DNA of 62,925 bases, counting the filler, from Reticulomyxa filosa (Eukaryota; Protista; Foraminifera): the NCBI GenBank assembly GCA_000512085.1. It is 18 parts of 18 records of this genome, joined end to end, with 100 filler letters (N's around TTAATTAATTAA, not from the genome) between each part and the next. Parts side by side here need not be neighbours in the genome. Positions count along the whole stretch, not along the records: positions 36,883 to 44,084 come from ASPP01011452.1; positions 44,185 to 45,994 come from ASPP01003696.1; positions 46,095 to 47,770 come from ASPP01037302.1; positions 47,871 to 53,607 come from ASPP01025110.1; 14 more parts are not named here. One strand, given 5' to 3'. The notes beneath the pieces were generated by a model that saw only the letters and a list, made by a program, of their open reading frames with translations, did not search any database and was not told the DNA's origin. Positions 39,031 through 50,308 of the stretch are shown here, in pieces (the stretch's first letter is position 1; the number at the start of each line of letters is the position of its first letter). The position numbers were made by a program, and so were the translations under genes.

Positions 39031-40060
39031 ATGATACATTATGATAAGCAAGAGAGTATATCAGAATATTCTCATGTAGATTCTACCGCGAATTTGCTTC
39101 ATCATTCAGTACATGTGACAGTCTCGACAAAGACTTTAGAAAAACCGGAAGAGGACGAGAAGAAGGCGCAAGCCAAAAAAGAAGAACCAGCAAACAGAAG
39201 ACACTCATCGGTTACGGGCTGTCCTCGACTGAAAGGAACCACACTGTTGGGAGGTTTTTTCAGTAAGAAAATTGCAGTTGCGTACCAAAAAACTAAAACT
39301 AAAAAAAAAAGGGAAACAGGAAATGTGAAAGTCGCGAACAGGATGAAATGTATGAGACATTGTCCACCAACAGTATTGCATCCAACTTCCGAACGCAAGC
39401 AGTCAAGAGATAACGCGTACTTACAGCGATTTCGCTTGGTTATATGACGCCTTGAACCTGCAGTTCCAAGCTGACAAATATGTGCCGAAATTACCACCAG
39501 ATATTCCCACAGTTCAACTTCAAAAAAAAAAAAGCCCCTTTTTCTCTCCATCTCCCCTCCCCCTTAAAGTTCAAAAAAAATTTTTTTTTTTTGTACAAAC
39601 CCCTTTTTTTAAAAAAAAAAAGTTCAGAGCCAGAGGACCCCTCCCTCCTCAACAACAAAAATAGTCAAAGTTAACACAAGAGATGGTCCGAGAACAAATT
39701 CGATTGTTGCAGGCGTTTTTGTTTGATGTGCACACGCAAGTACATTTGCAAGAACACACGGCCACGCACATATTTTTAAACGCCGATAACGCGGCCAACT
39801 TTAGCAAACAAAAGCCCCGCAAAATATCGATGCCTGTACCCTTCGATAAACAAGGCCACGCCACTGCAACGGCCACGGCCGCTGCCGAGCACATTTCAAT
39901 CGATCATATTACTTCCAATCCCTCTCTTCCAGAGAATACCGATGGCCATGACTTGTTCCGCCAACATACCAATCCTGATGATCTCTTTCCCATTCAAAAA
40001 GCTGTCTCGGACACAGACTTATCGCACGAACAAGTTACCAGCTCAGATCAACTTCTTTGA
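39031..40060 (+). CDS. Hypothetical protein (multi-exon)
   Basis: Exon-like open segments at 39031-39250, about 39340-39510 and 39665-40060; no domain recognised. Confidence 0.4.
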
Positions 40061-40376
40061 TACCGATTTTTTAAAAACAAAAGAAATAGTGTCTTTAGCA
40101 TTATTTTTTTTATTTTTTTGGTTTTGTGTTCTTTTAAACGTGTGTGCAAAGTTTTCTGACATCCTTCGGCAATTTTTTTGCTATGTCTTTCCGCATTTCC
40201 ATCTCCTTCGCAACATTTTTTTGAAACTCCCTCTCTTTTAGGAAAATTCGATTTTTATAAGTTGTTTCTTGGGATAAACATTATTTTAGGACCTTAAGTA
40301 AAACAAAATAGCGTTGTAACTGCCTAACGGCAGCTGCAGGGGCTATCCCTTTTTTTTTTCGCAATTCAAAAAAATT

Positions 40377-41079
40377 ATGGAAAAGCAAGATATCACGTCT
40401 AAAAAAATATTTAGTATTGGATTAGCAGTTGGAGCACTAATAGGATTTTCAGTGGGTTGGTTCTGTAGTCACAAGTGATATAAAAAAAATTGTGTATGAA
40501 AAACGTTACCCTTTTTTTTTTGTTCAGAAAAGAAAAACAGTATCGTGTTGACATTCAAATAACTGTTTTCTCATTTTTCCAAAGAAATTGCAAGAAGCCA
40601 ATAAAGATCAACGAAACGAAAAACGAATGGAAAATACCAGTAATTAAAAGTGATAAAAATGGTAATTCCTTTGTGGATTACAAAGTGTATCGCTTAAATG
40701 ACAAAGAAGAAATAGGGTCGATGTCTGATCCCATTAAAGTCCAAAGTTCACATTTGCCAAAAAAAATAATTTTTTTAATTCACTTTCAGTTTTTGTTTTT
40801 TTTTCCTCTCGAGAAACTAATTAAAGTAAATCAATTCTTCGAACAGGCATTAAACTTCGGGAAACTCCAGGTGATTATAACTTTGACTGGCACTGTGCTC
40901 CTAACAAACAGTTCATTATCAATTTAGATGCCGCTGTTCATATCCGCACAAGCAATGGACAACAGGTGTTGTTGGAGCAAGGACAATTGTTTGCAGTTGA
41001 AGATATCGATGGGAAGGGACATCAATCTAGAGCTGTTGATGGCATGCCCAGAAAATCCGTTTTTATTGTATACGAATGA
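40377..41079 (+). CDS. Cupin-domain protein (bacterial BLL0285-like) with N-terminal membrane anchor
   Basis: Manually spliced and mostly absent from the ORF track: MEKQD..IFSIGLAVGALIGFSVGWFC (TM), IKSDKNGNSFVD..IGSMSDPIK, GIKLRETPGDYNFDWHCAPNKQFIINL..TSNG...EDIDGKGHQSR...RKSVFIVYE*. Confidence 0.8.
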
Positions 41080-41644
41080 CTTTAAAAAACATCACTTTTT
41101 TTAATATAACTTTGGAATATTCTTTGAAACAAATAATTGAACACAATTCTTAAAAAAATTGCTAATTTTTTCAGATCGCCTTTAACTGAGCGCGATCAAT
41201 AGAAAAGTTTGAAAAAGTGAAGGATAGGGAAAAAAAAGTACAATTCTGACGCTTGACTGGTAAACTTCGGGCTGTGAAAAAAACTGTTATTAATTTAAAA
41301 ATATGCAACATTCAAAAGTGACTGTTTCAGGAAAAACAGTCTTTCACAGATAATCGTTTATTTGATTTGATACTTGCATTTAATAAATACAGATAATGTT
41401 GTCAAAAAAAAGGTTTACTAGTTGAATTAAACGAATTAAATTTTTAAAAAATAATATTGACAATTTAAGTTTGGAAAAAAGAAAGGTCTTGGTTTCATTT
41501 CACAGTTTTTTGTAAATGGAAAATTATTGCTTGTGAAAAAGTCGGAATGTTGTCACTTTCTACTCAGCAAAACATGTGACATAATACATTTCAACTTTGA
41601 AGAATTGAACGTGTCTACATTTAAAATTAATATTGAAACAAAAA

Positions 41645-43146
41645 ATGAGCAAAAACCATCAAAAAATGTACCAGCAGTGGGCTGCAATCACCAACGACGA
41701 GAAACAAGTCTTAGTGCGCACATGGGCAATTGTCTATCGGCAAAGAGAAAAACTCATCAAACAATTGGCAAGCGCCATGCTCCAAGAACAAGTTGACGGT
41801 AGGGATTTTGGAAATGAATCTTAAAAAAAACTCAATTCTGGCGTTTTTGTAAAATATACTGCTGATAACATTAAAGTTAAACAAACTAATGCAAATAAAT
41901 AGATGCCACTACAACTTATAACGGAGTTGAAGTGTCAGTAGTGATTGACGGCTGGAATTATGTAATTCGATGTATTGAGAATCCAAATGATGATCACGAT
42001 TATAGTTTTCATAACAACAGTGAAGACGAAGAAAAAAGGGCTAAGAAAAAACATAGGAAATCAAAGAAAAGTAAGAGAGCTTCACAATCCCTTTCTAAGA
42101 ATCAAAAGGGCGGTCTCCTTCAAACAGGAAATGATAATAATGACACAAACCCCATATCAAATGACGAAAAAATTGATCAACACGATACACAAACTTTGGC
42201 ATTGCAATCAGTAAAGACTGATAACAACATTCAAGACCCGCTTCTAAAGCCGAAGAAGCAGCACTCTCACGTGTGGCGTAACGATGAAGTATATATGAAA
42301 ATTTATCGTTTCTTGCGTAGGATTGTTTTAACTCATCAGCGAGAACAAGTAGACCCAGCAGACTTGTTAGAAACTCGCAGGCACATTCTCTCCATCTTGC
42401 ACACGAATTTGAGTGGTTTATGGAAAAAAAATGTCGCTGCAGCTTGGATCAAGTTGACAGGATTTGTCATGATGGGTTTAGTTATTGGCGGCAAAAAAGC
42501 AGTGGCAGTGCCCCCACCAAGCAATGACGCCATTGATCTGGTAAGACAATCATGGGAGGCAGTCCAAACAAACATCAACAGTGCCGCCATGTTTTTTTTC
42601 GAACATTTGTTTAAAGATAACTTAGTTGAGTGACTCCTTTTTTTTTTTTTTTTTTACATCACCTCTTCTCTTCTTTGATGACTCTTTTTTTTTTTTTTTT
42701 TTTTTTCCTTTTAAAAAAAATGTTCAAGTAAACAATGACAACACAACTGCACAGGAAGTGCAAGGAATTTTCAAAGATACAAGAAACGGTAACATGGTCC
42801 ACCAAATAGGAAGCGTGCTCACTACTCTGTCTGACATTGACAACTTTAATTTGATTGCACAAAGTTTGGGGACCAAGCATTATCAATTTGGTGTCAAACC
42901 CAAGTTTGGCTTTGTTTTTTTTTTTTTTTTTTTAAATATATTATTATTATCATTATTATTGTTATCATTATTATTATTATTATATTTAATTATCATTGCA
43001 ACGACAACAAATGAACAAAGAAACAAATAACAATAACAATGACAATAAATGAATGAATAAACAAATTAAAAAAAAAAAGACATTTTCCAGTAGTTCAACG
43101 CTCGTTAAGTTGTGTTAATGTCTTCAACACCGAGTCAAACAATTGA
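41645..43146 (+). CDS. Tandem (two-domain) globin protein, second domain apparently truncated
   Basis: Domain 1: ITNDEKQVLVRTWAIV...LRRIVLTHQ...WKKNVAAAWIKL. Domain 2: AIDLVRQSWEAV, FFFEHLF..EVQGIF, LGTKHYQFGVKPKHFPVV. Introns at about 41798-41902, 42624-42753 and 42904-43079. Confidence 0.82.
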
Positions 43147-44084
43147 GTGTTTTCGTTTGTGGAGTCAATCCACCCATTTGAATTTTTTTGCACTTTGGCC
43201 ATTTTCTCACACATTTGTGCGACCATGCGCCGTTGCATTTCCAAAAGGTGTGACGAGTAGTCTTGGCTGTCCGCACTTCTTGCGCTGGAAGAGCTTCGAA
43301 TACTATGTCGTTTATTATTAGTATTATTATTATTATTATTATTATTACCACCACCATTGCTTGATAAAGCAGCAGCAGTAATTCCTCCATTTCCTGTCCC
43401 AGCTCCTCCAAGTGAAGCAGTGGCGGCATTTCCACTGCGAGTGTTTTTCAAGCGATGAGTGCCTGCCAGAATAGCGCCGGGCCCACGACTGTTGCGTTGA
43501 CTGCTGTTGCTACTGCGACGATCCCAGTTGGAGATGAAGCCAGGGGCGGAAGGAGCGCCGGGCACGGAAGTCGTGGGATATGAGGAGAAGGAAGAAGGGA
43601 GAGGAAGATCGGGCACTTCATCGTCTTCGTCATATCCGGAGCGAATGGTATCGATTTGATGAGTGAGATTTTGACGAAGAAGAGTGAGGTCATTAATGGC
43701 TTGGGAGACATTGTGATTGGTAAGGAGAAGCAAGACCTGTCCAATTCGGAATTGACAGGTTTCAAAATGTTGCAACAACTGGACAATGTCACGTTGTTTG
43801 AATACGACCAAGTTCTGAAAATGTTTCAATTGGTCCAAGCAATAGGGGATATCAAAGTCGTGCCAGTCCAAAGGCTCCTTTGTGGGGTCACGTAAAAAGT
43901 GTGCAAAGCGATTGGTATCGCTACACTTGAAGGCCATGGTAAGTAGTTCTTTGGCTTCTTTCACTTGTTTGGTCCACAGTAAGCGTATCAAGTATCTCAT
44001 GCATCTTGCAGCATGAATGCGTTTAGCTTCATTTAAATTCTCTTCTCCAACACCAACACTAACACTTCCTCCTCCTCCTCCTCC
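43095..44084 (-). CDS. Hypothetical alpha-helical protein fragment (5' partial)
   Basis: Open frame of more than 300 codons with a helical core, Gly/Ser/Asn low-complexity region and coiled-coil tail; no confident family. Confidence 0.6.
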   Translation of the reverse strand, partial: GGGGGGSVSVGVGEENLNEAKRIHAARCMRYLIRLLWTKQVKEAKELLTMAFKCSDTNRFAHFLRDPTKEPLDWHDFDIPYCLDQLKHFQNLVVFKQRDIVQLLQHFETCQFRIGQVLLLLTNHNVSQAINDLTLLRQNLTHQIDTIRSGYDEDDEVPDLPLPSSFSSYPTTSVPGAPSAPGFISNWDRRSSNSSQRNSRGPGAILAGTHRLKNTRSGNAATASLGGAGTGNGGITAAALSSNGGGNNNNNNNNTNNKRHSIRSSSSARSADSQDYSSHLLEMQRRMVAQMCEKMAKVQKNSNGWIDSTNENTQLFDSVLKTLTQLNER

Positions 44085-45129
44085 NNNNNNNNNNNNNNNN
44101 NNNNNNNNNNNNNNNNNNNNNNNNNNNNTTAATTAATTAANNNNNNNNNNNNNNNNNNNNNNNNNNNNNNNNNNNNNNNNNNNNTCAAGATTGCTTCGTC
44201 TGTACCCCCTCCGTACGCACACACACAAAAAAAAAGATGATTGGGGTTGAAGTCTACCCCGTTTGAAAAAAAAACAAAAAGGTTTGTATATGTTTTTTTT
44301 TATTTTGTACATGTGTAATAAAATGTGTGTTTGTTCTTGTTATTAAATAGGAATTCCCCCTCAAAAAAAGACACATATATGTATATTTATTTATTTGATC
44401 CCCCACTCCCTTAAAAAAAAAAGATTTGAAGTGTATTTAATAGGAAAAAAAAGTAGATGCTGTATCGCGACTTATAACAGTTATGAGTGTGTTTTTTTTG
44501 TTTGTCTAAAAATTATAAAATATGTCTTTGTTTTTGTGTGTATAGGAATCGTTCAAAAAAGGCAAGATAGTTATTTTTTTTTAAAGTGTTGTGAATTTGG
44601 AAAATTGGGTATCAAGTGGGGGGAAGAAAAAAAAGGGAAATGAATTATTAGGGGGGGGGAAAAAAAAGTGACAATTAATTATTAAGAAGGGAGGGGAAAA
44701 AAAAGGACTAATAAAATAAAAGAAAATAAGAAAAAAGATGGAAAAAAAAGAATTAGAAAAAAAAATGATAATAAAGAAAATAATGAATGAAAGAAAAAAA
44801 AAGAATAAGAATGATAAGAAAGAAAATAATTAATAAAATAGAAAAAAAAAATAAGTGAAAGTGAAAAAAAAAGAAAAGAATAAGAATAAAAAAAGTTATT
44901 ATATAAATGTTATTTTTTAATTTTTTATTGAAAAAAAATAATGGATTTGTCCAGCTCAAGGACATCGATCCAGTTAAGTTATTTTTCTTATTTGTGTTTG
45001 TTCAAAAAAAATTTAAATACTTACCACATTATAGAAATCGAAAATCGGATCGTCTTTGGTGAAGAAATTGGCACAGCGGTCAAGTATTTCAATTTGGAGT
45101 TATGTGATTTAAATTAATGATAAGAAGTA

Positions 45130-45700
45130 ATGGGTGCAATGGATATATTCAACAATATTATTCTCGTTCGATCCAACTTCTATTCAATCGCTACATTTTT
45201 GCGCGATGCCAACATCTGGAACGTACCAATGCAGAAAAATAATGTGTATTTGTTGCTTGCATGAAGCTACTGTGTGCAAACATGTAATTCCATCCTTTGG
45301 TTCAACATTCGACAATACTAACGCTTCTCAATTACAAATATCAATCAAAAAATCCACACACAGCAACGATAATCGCACTATACAATACAAACAAAAATAT
45401 ACCAGATTTCGTTTGGACAAAATGCGCTTCCAAGACATTTTTAGAAGGATTTTCAAATTGACTTGCATTGGACCATATTTGTCCAAACAGCCAATTTTCA
45501 AACCGAGGAAAATTCATCAATCTCGAGCAAGTATTACAAAGAACCGGTACGCTTATCATCAACCCGAACAAATATCCCATATTTTCGATAGCTGCATGAT
45601 TACGAGTTGAACATGACATCCAAGATCAAATCGTAAATGGTCAAATATTGCATTAAAAGAAGAAAAAGAACAGTCGGTTGAATTAAATGGAACAAGTGGC
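45130..45700 (-). pseudogene. Possible degraded multi-pass membrane protein gene
   Basis: Hydrophobic segments in alternating frames with stops (e.g. SGIFLFVLYSAIIVAVCGF); no intact ORF. Confidence 0.2.
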
Positions 45701-46169
45701 TACCCTCTCTTTCTTTAATAAGAAATCGTTAGAACTGATGAATAATTTACCCAAGGTTGAGTCTGTATATTATACGTGGTTGTATTTGCACTGTCTATGA
45801 TCAATATGTGCATATCCAATAAATAGCGCTACTCAAATAATTAACTTATTAATATAGCTGGCAGACAAATAAATTGGGATCAGGTTCAGTAATATTGGAA
45901 TCGGGCTCCACAAATGATCGATTGAAATGAGAAAAAATTTACAATTGAATTGTCAAATATTAAAATATATCCAGTGTCATTTAGTCACCACCGANNNNNN
46001 NNNNNNNNNNNNNNNNNNNNNNNNNNNNNNNNNNNNNNTTAATTAATTAANNNNNNNNNNNNNNNNNNNNNNNNNNNNNNNNNNNNNNNNNNNNTTTTTT
46101 GGAGATGCAAGTTTTATGTATAGGATATGCTGATAAAAAAAAAAAAGGAAGAACAAAAAATATGGAGGC

Positions 46170-47770
46170 ACCTGAAAAGCTGTGTTACGAATATTGTCCT
46201 TGTGCTCTATCATGTCTAACCACGTTTGCATCTCACAGAGCACTTTTTCTTCCATTTCGTCACAATCATGGGTTACTTGATCTTTCACAAATTTTAGGCC
46301 TTCATCGTCCGTAGCATTTTGGTTCGTCTTACGTACTTGAAAATAAGCCACAATGTTTTTTAAGAAATCTTTTAATGATTTCTTAAAGGACATTTTATAA
46401 AATATTAAAAATATCGGGAACCACTTGCACAGTAAGGGTACATCCTTTTGTTTTGGCTTGTTTTTTTTACAAATGTATTCATCATCCCAAATTCTTGTAG
46501 TAAAAAAAAAACAACTTAAAAACTATATGTTTTCATCCTACCTGCCAAAAATCTCGATAGTTGCGATTATAAAATAAAATAATCAAAGGTAGTGATTCAT
46601 CAAAACAAACCGACTGTTTTTTTGCTATATCAATCTGTTTGTCACCGTAAAAAAGTGCTGCCTCATGCAGGGATTGTTCGTCTACACGAATGCATCCCAA
46701 TTCCTGCACAATTTCTTCACTGTTGTACTGACTTCCCCTTGATACTTTGCAATATCGAATGTAATTATAGTCATAGTCATCAGGATTATCCACACATTGC
46801 AACACTGGAATAATTATGAATTGATCCTTTTCTTTTTCCAAGCTGTTTGAAGGTGGTCGTATTATATCTACCACCTGACACGCACAAAAAAATCCTTTTT
46901 TTTTGGTAATAAAATTGCTTATATCATCGCAATCATTGACAACGATTACCAATTCATTCGCTCTATTACTTTCTAAATTCACATATCGGAGACATAGCTC
47001 ATCCATTGACTTGTGCAATTCTTCATTTAGTAGATACTTTAGAGTCCGTACTTTCGCAGATATTGGCAATGACAATGAGATCACAAAACTGGAATTATGT
47101 ACGCACACAATATCAACAAACAGCTCAAGCCCCACGACAGGCAATGTCAAGTTGCGAAACGATTGGTAATGGTTGATAATAGTACCACAGGATTTACATG
47201 TTTCCTGCGAATTTTCGTAATTATATGCAGAGGGAGAAAGAAAAAGGGAGGGAAAGAAAGAAAGGCTCTGTTTTTAATTAAATAATACTCTAAACTCGCT
47301 CTAGACTCACGCCATCAAAAATCGCTGCAACACGTGATTCTTTGCATATCTGTGCAAACATTTTTTCGGCTAGCTCAGTCTCTTCTTCGGGACTCTTTTC
47401 TTTGCATTCAAGACAATAATCTAGTGATGGAGTCTTTTCTTCTAGAGCCTCCACCAAAGTACATATAGCAGCATAAGAGTCTTCTTGCACTCCTTGCAGA
47501 AATCTATAATTTACTTGTGCAATTTGTTCAGTTTTTAAAAAAAAAACAAAAAAAAACCAAACCTTGTTTCAATGACTCCAAGACGTGATCTCAATTTTCC
47601 AATATTGATAGTATGGCATCCAGGAGTTTTCTTTTTTTTTTTTTTATGAACTTTACTGACCAAATCAATCCACTCCTTGCCAATGGTTCCTTCTTTGGGT
47701 CGTGGACGCCACTGCATTTTCGCTAGTGGTCGCACTTGTAGCAGACACTTTTTAGCATTCGAGAGAGCAC
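46170..47770 (-). CDS. Ubiquitin-specific protease (peptidase C19)-like fragment
   Basis: Spliced: LRSRLG..RFLQGVQEDSYAAICTLVEALEE (QxDA box), ESRVAAIFDG, ETCKSCG..YQSFRNLTLPV (CxxC...FxxLSLP), followed by a UBL-like insert. The Cys and His boxes are outside the contig. Confidence 0.6.
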
Positions 47771-47879
47771 NNNNNNNNNNNNNNNNNNNNNNNNNNNNNN
47801 NNNNNNNNNNNNNNTTAATTAATTAANNNNNNNNNNNNNNNNNNNNNNNNNNNNNNNNNNNNNNNNNNNNTTTTTTTTT

Positions 47880-49746
47880 TACTTGGTTGGTGTCAATGTT
47901 GGTGGTTGTGTTGGTCGTCTGGTAGGCCTTCTTGTTGGTCGTCGGGTTGGTCTCCTGGTTGGTCGTCTCGTTGGAACGTTTGTCGGTGTTCTTGTTGGTA
48001 GTCTTTTTTTTTTTTTTTTGCGTGCATTATTTTGCAGGAAAATTTTGTGTGCATTTTTTTTTTTTTTTATGGTTATTTATTTTACTGACTCCAAAAAAAA
48101 AAAAAAAAATCAAAACTGTGTTGGACGAATTGTCGGTGCGGCTGTTGGTCGCATTGTTGGCCGACGTGTTGGTTGTGCCGTGATGATTTCTGGAGACGAG
48201 GGTTGATGCGTCCATATCGTTGGTTTTTCGGTCGGCTGCAGCGTTGGGGGTTGTGTCCATATCGTCGGCTTTTCCGTGGGATGCAATGTTGGGGGTTGCG
48301 TCCATATCGTCGGCTTCTCCGTTGGATACAATGTTGGTGGCGCGGTGACAATGATTTCTTGGGTTGGGACTGAAGTGGGTTGATTGGACCACATCATCGA
48401 TCGTTTGGTCCGTGGTTCGGTGATATCGTGCGCCAGCATTGTTGGACAAACAATTCCTGCCTGATCGACGTAGTATTGCGTATTTCGAACTCCCAATTTC
48501 CTCGATGCGTCGTGTTTGGAGGCGATCCAGGTGAAACAAGTGCTCGTTTGTAGATTGCGATGAAAAGGGTTTGGAAGTGGAGGCTGGTATCGGAATGGAG
48601 ATACCCACTCGTTGTTATTTGGATTATTCCATCGACGAAGCCAACATCCGTGGACGTAAGGAATTGGAGTGTCTCCGATGTGGATCACTTGGCCGTCGAG
48701 ATGGTTGTACACTCGTGCATTGCTCACGAGCACGATTTCCAATCGTCGCTCGAATATGTGAGGTAGTTGCATATCGATGTTGGAGGACCGAGAATGATGA
48801 TGATTTGGTGAAAGCCGTCCTGTCACTGATGGGTCGTGGTACACCTCGGATTCAAACAACAATTGGCTTTGGTCGACCTCGCCGCTGCTCAAAAAAGTGT
48901 TGCCACCGATGCATGCATCCCAGCAATTGTCGTTCGGCGACGACATTCTTTTTTCCATTAAGTCGTACTGTTCTGGGCTCGAATAACCCGCCGCCGCTAT
49001 GCATTGGAGGCATTGGTTTGGAGTTCCGTCTTCGAATAGTTGAGCTATTATTGGCATTTCGCAAGTTCAAAAAAATTAAAATGTACGTATAACCAAAAAA
49101 AAAAAATCTTGCATGGGATTGAAAACACTTAAAGTACGTCGAAGAACTAACCTGTTGTCGCATAACCAGACCAAAAGGTATTGGGATACCAAAATTCCAT
49201 AAAAAGGTAAGACGGTGTCATTCGAACGTATACTTGGCCCGCCTTATTATAGTAGCGAAATCTCGTGTCCGTTACATCTATTTTTAATTATAAAAAAAAA
49301 ATAAAAATAAAAAATAAAATTTAGAGGCTCAAAAAAAAAAAAAAGGGACATTATGTTTCGATCCTCATGTTTGATACAAAAAATAAATAAATTAATAAAT
49401 GATGCCAACTTTGCGGATGGTCAGCGATAGTCTCTAATAAGCTTTGGTACGACAATTGGTTGTTCTGATCTACCCACCACAAATCCGAATCCGGATCGAG
49501 TTGATCTCCCGATGCAGATATTATTGCTTTGGGGATGACTTGCTTGGCCCAGCCTATCATTTCAAAATAAAACTCATTGTGTTGTGCATTGCAAAAAAAA
49601 AAAAAAAAAAAGTATAAACCAATTGATAAATTGGAATTTCGTGCTCATGCATTTTTGTTGTACACTTCAATTTTTTTGTTTGCTTGTTTGGGGGTATCTT
49701 AACTTGTATAAAGAAAGAGTAGATTGAACAAGAGCAACCACGCCAT
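47880..49746 (-). CDS. Secreted protein with Pro/Thr (PTxxPT) repeat stalk (3' partial)
   Basis: Signal-like MAWLLLFNLLFLYT at 49746, several small exons, a Cys-containing globular region, then PT repeats running to the contig end. Confidence 0.65.
48205..48340 (-). repeat. 45-bp coding tandem repeat x3 (PPTLxPTEKPTIWTQ)
   Basis: PPTLYPTEKPTIWTQ / PPTLHPTEKPTIWTQ / PPTLQPTEKPTIWTH. Confidence 0.85.
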
Positions 49747-50308
49747 TGTAGATAATGGTGAATCGCAGCTATTTTTTTTTTTATTATTGTGTTCAAGTTG
49801 GATGGTGTGCACTGAATGGGGACCAACTCATGCACTTAGTGGTGGAGAAAAGTCCGTGTACTGACCTGTTTTGAAACTTTAAAACCTTGCAGGATCTCAC
49901 TTGAAGAAATATTCCGTATCAAAGAACTAAACTATAAAAAAAATGATGAACAGGTAAAGAAAAGAGACAAGTTTGACAGTTAAAACATAAACATTTGTTT
50001 TCTTTGGGTGGCCCCTGTCTATTTTTCTAAAACTTTTTCACGTTTTTTCTCGAAAAGTTTATTGCTGTTTTTTCAATGCAATTTTTTGGTAAAAATTGCT
50101 TTTGAGACAGATACTCCAATATTTTGATCATAAAGTCAACAGAAGTTGAAAAATCTTGTATTATGCTCCTCCATGAAACTTTTTGAGTTTGATTCAAAAA
50201 CCTATTGTAGAGCCGCGAACAGAAAACAGCGGCCTTTCTTCAAGTTGCCTGTAAAAACTCTGTCCTTCTTCAACTTGTCTTCATTTTTTTAGCATTCAGT
50301 CCCTGAAC

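Noticed and set aside
38965-39033. In-frame TGA upstream of the 39031 ORF as selenocysteine or stop-codon reassignment
   Set aside because: It is a single instance with no conserved context or SECIS seen, and other genes use TGA, TAA and TAG as ordinary stops.
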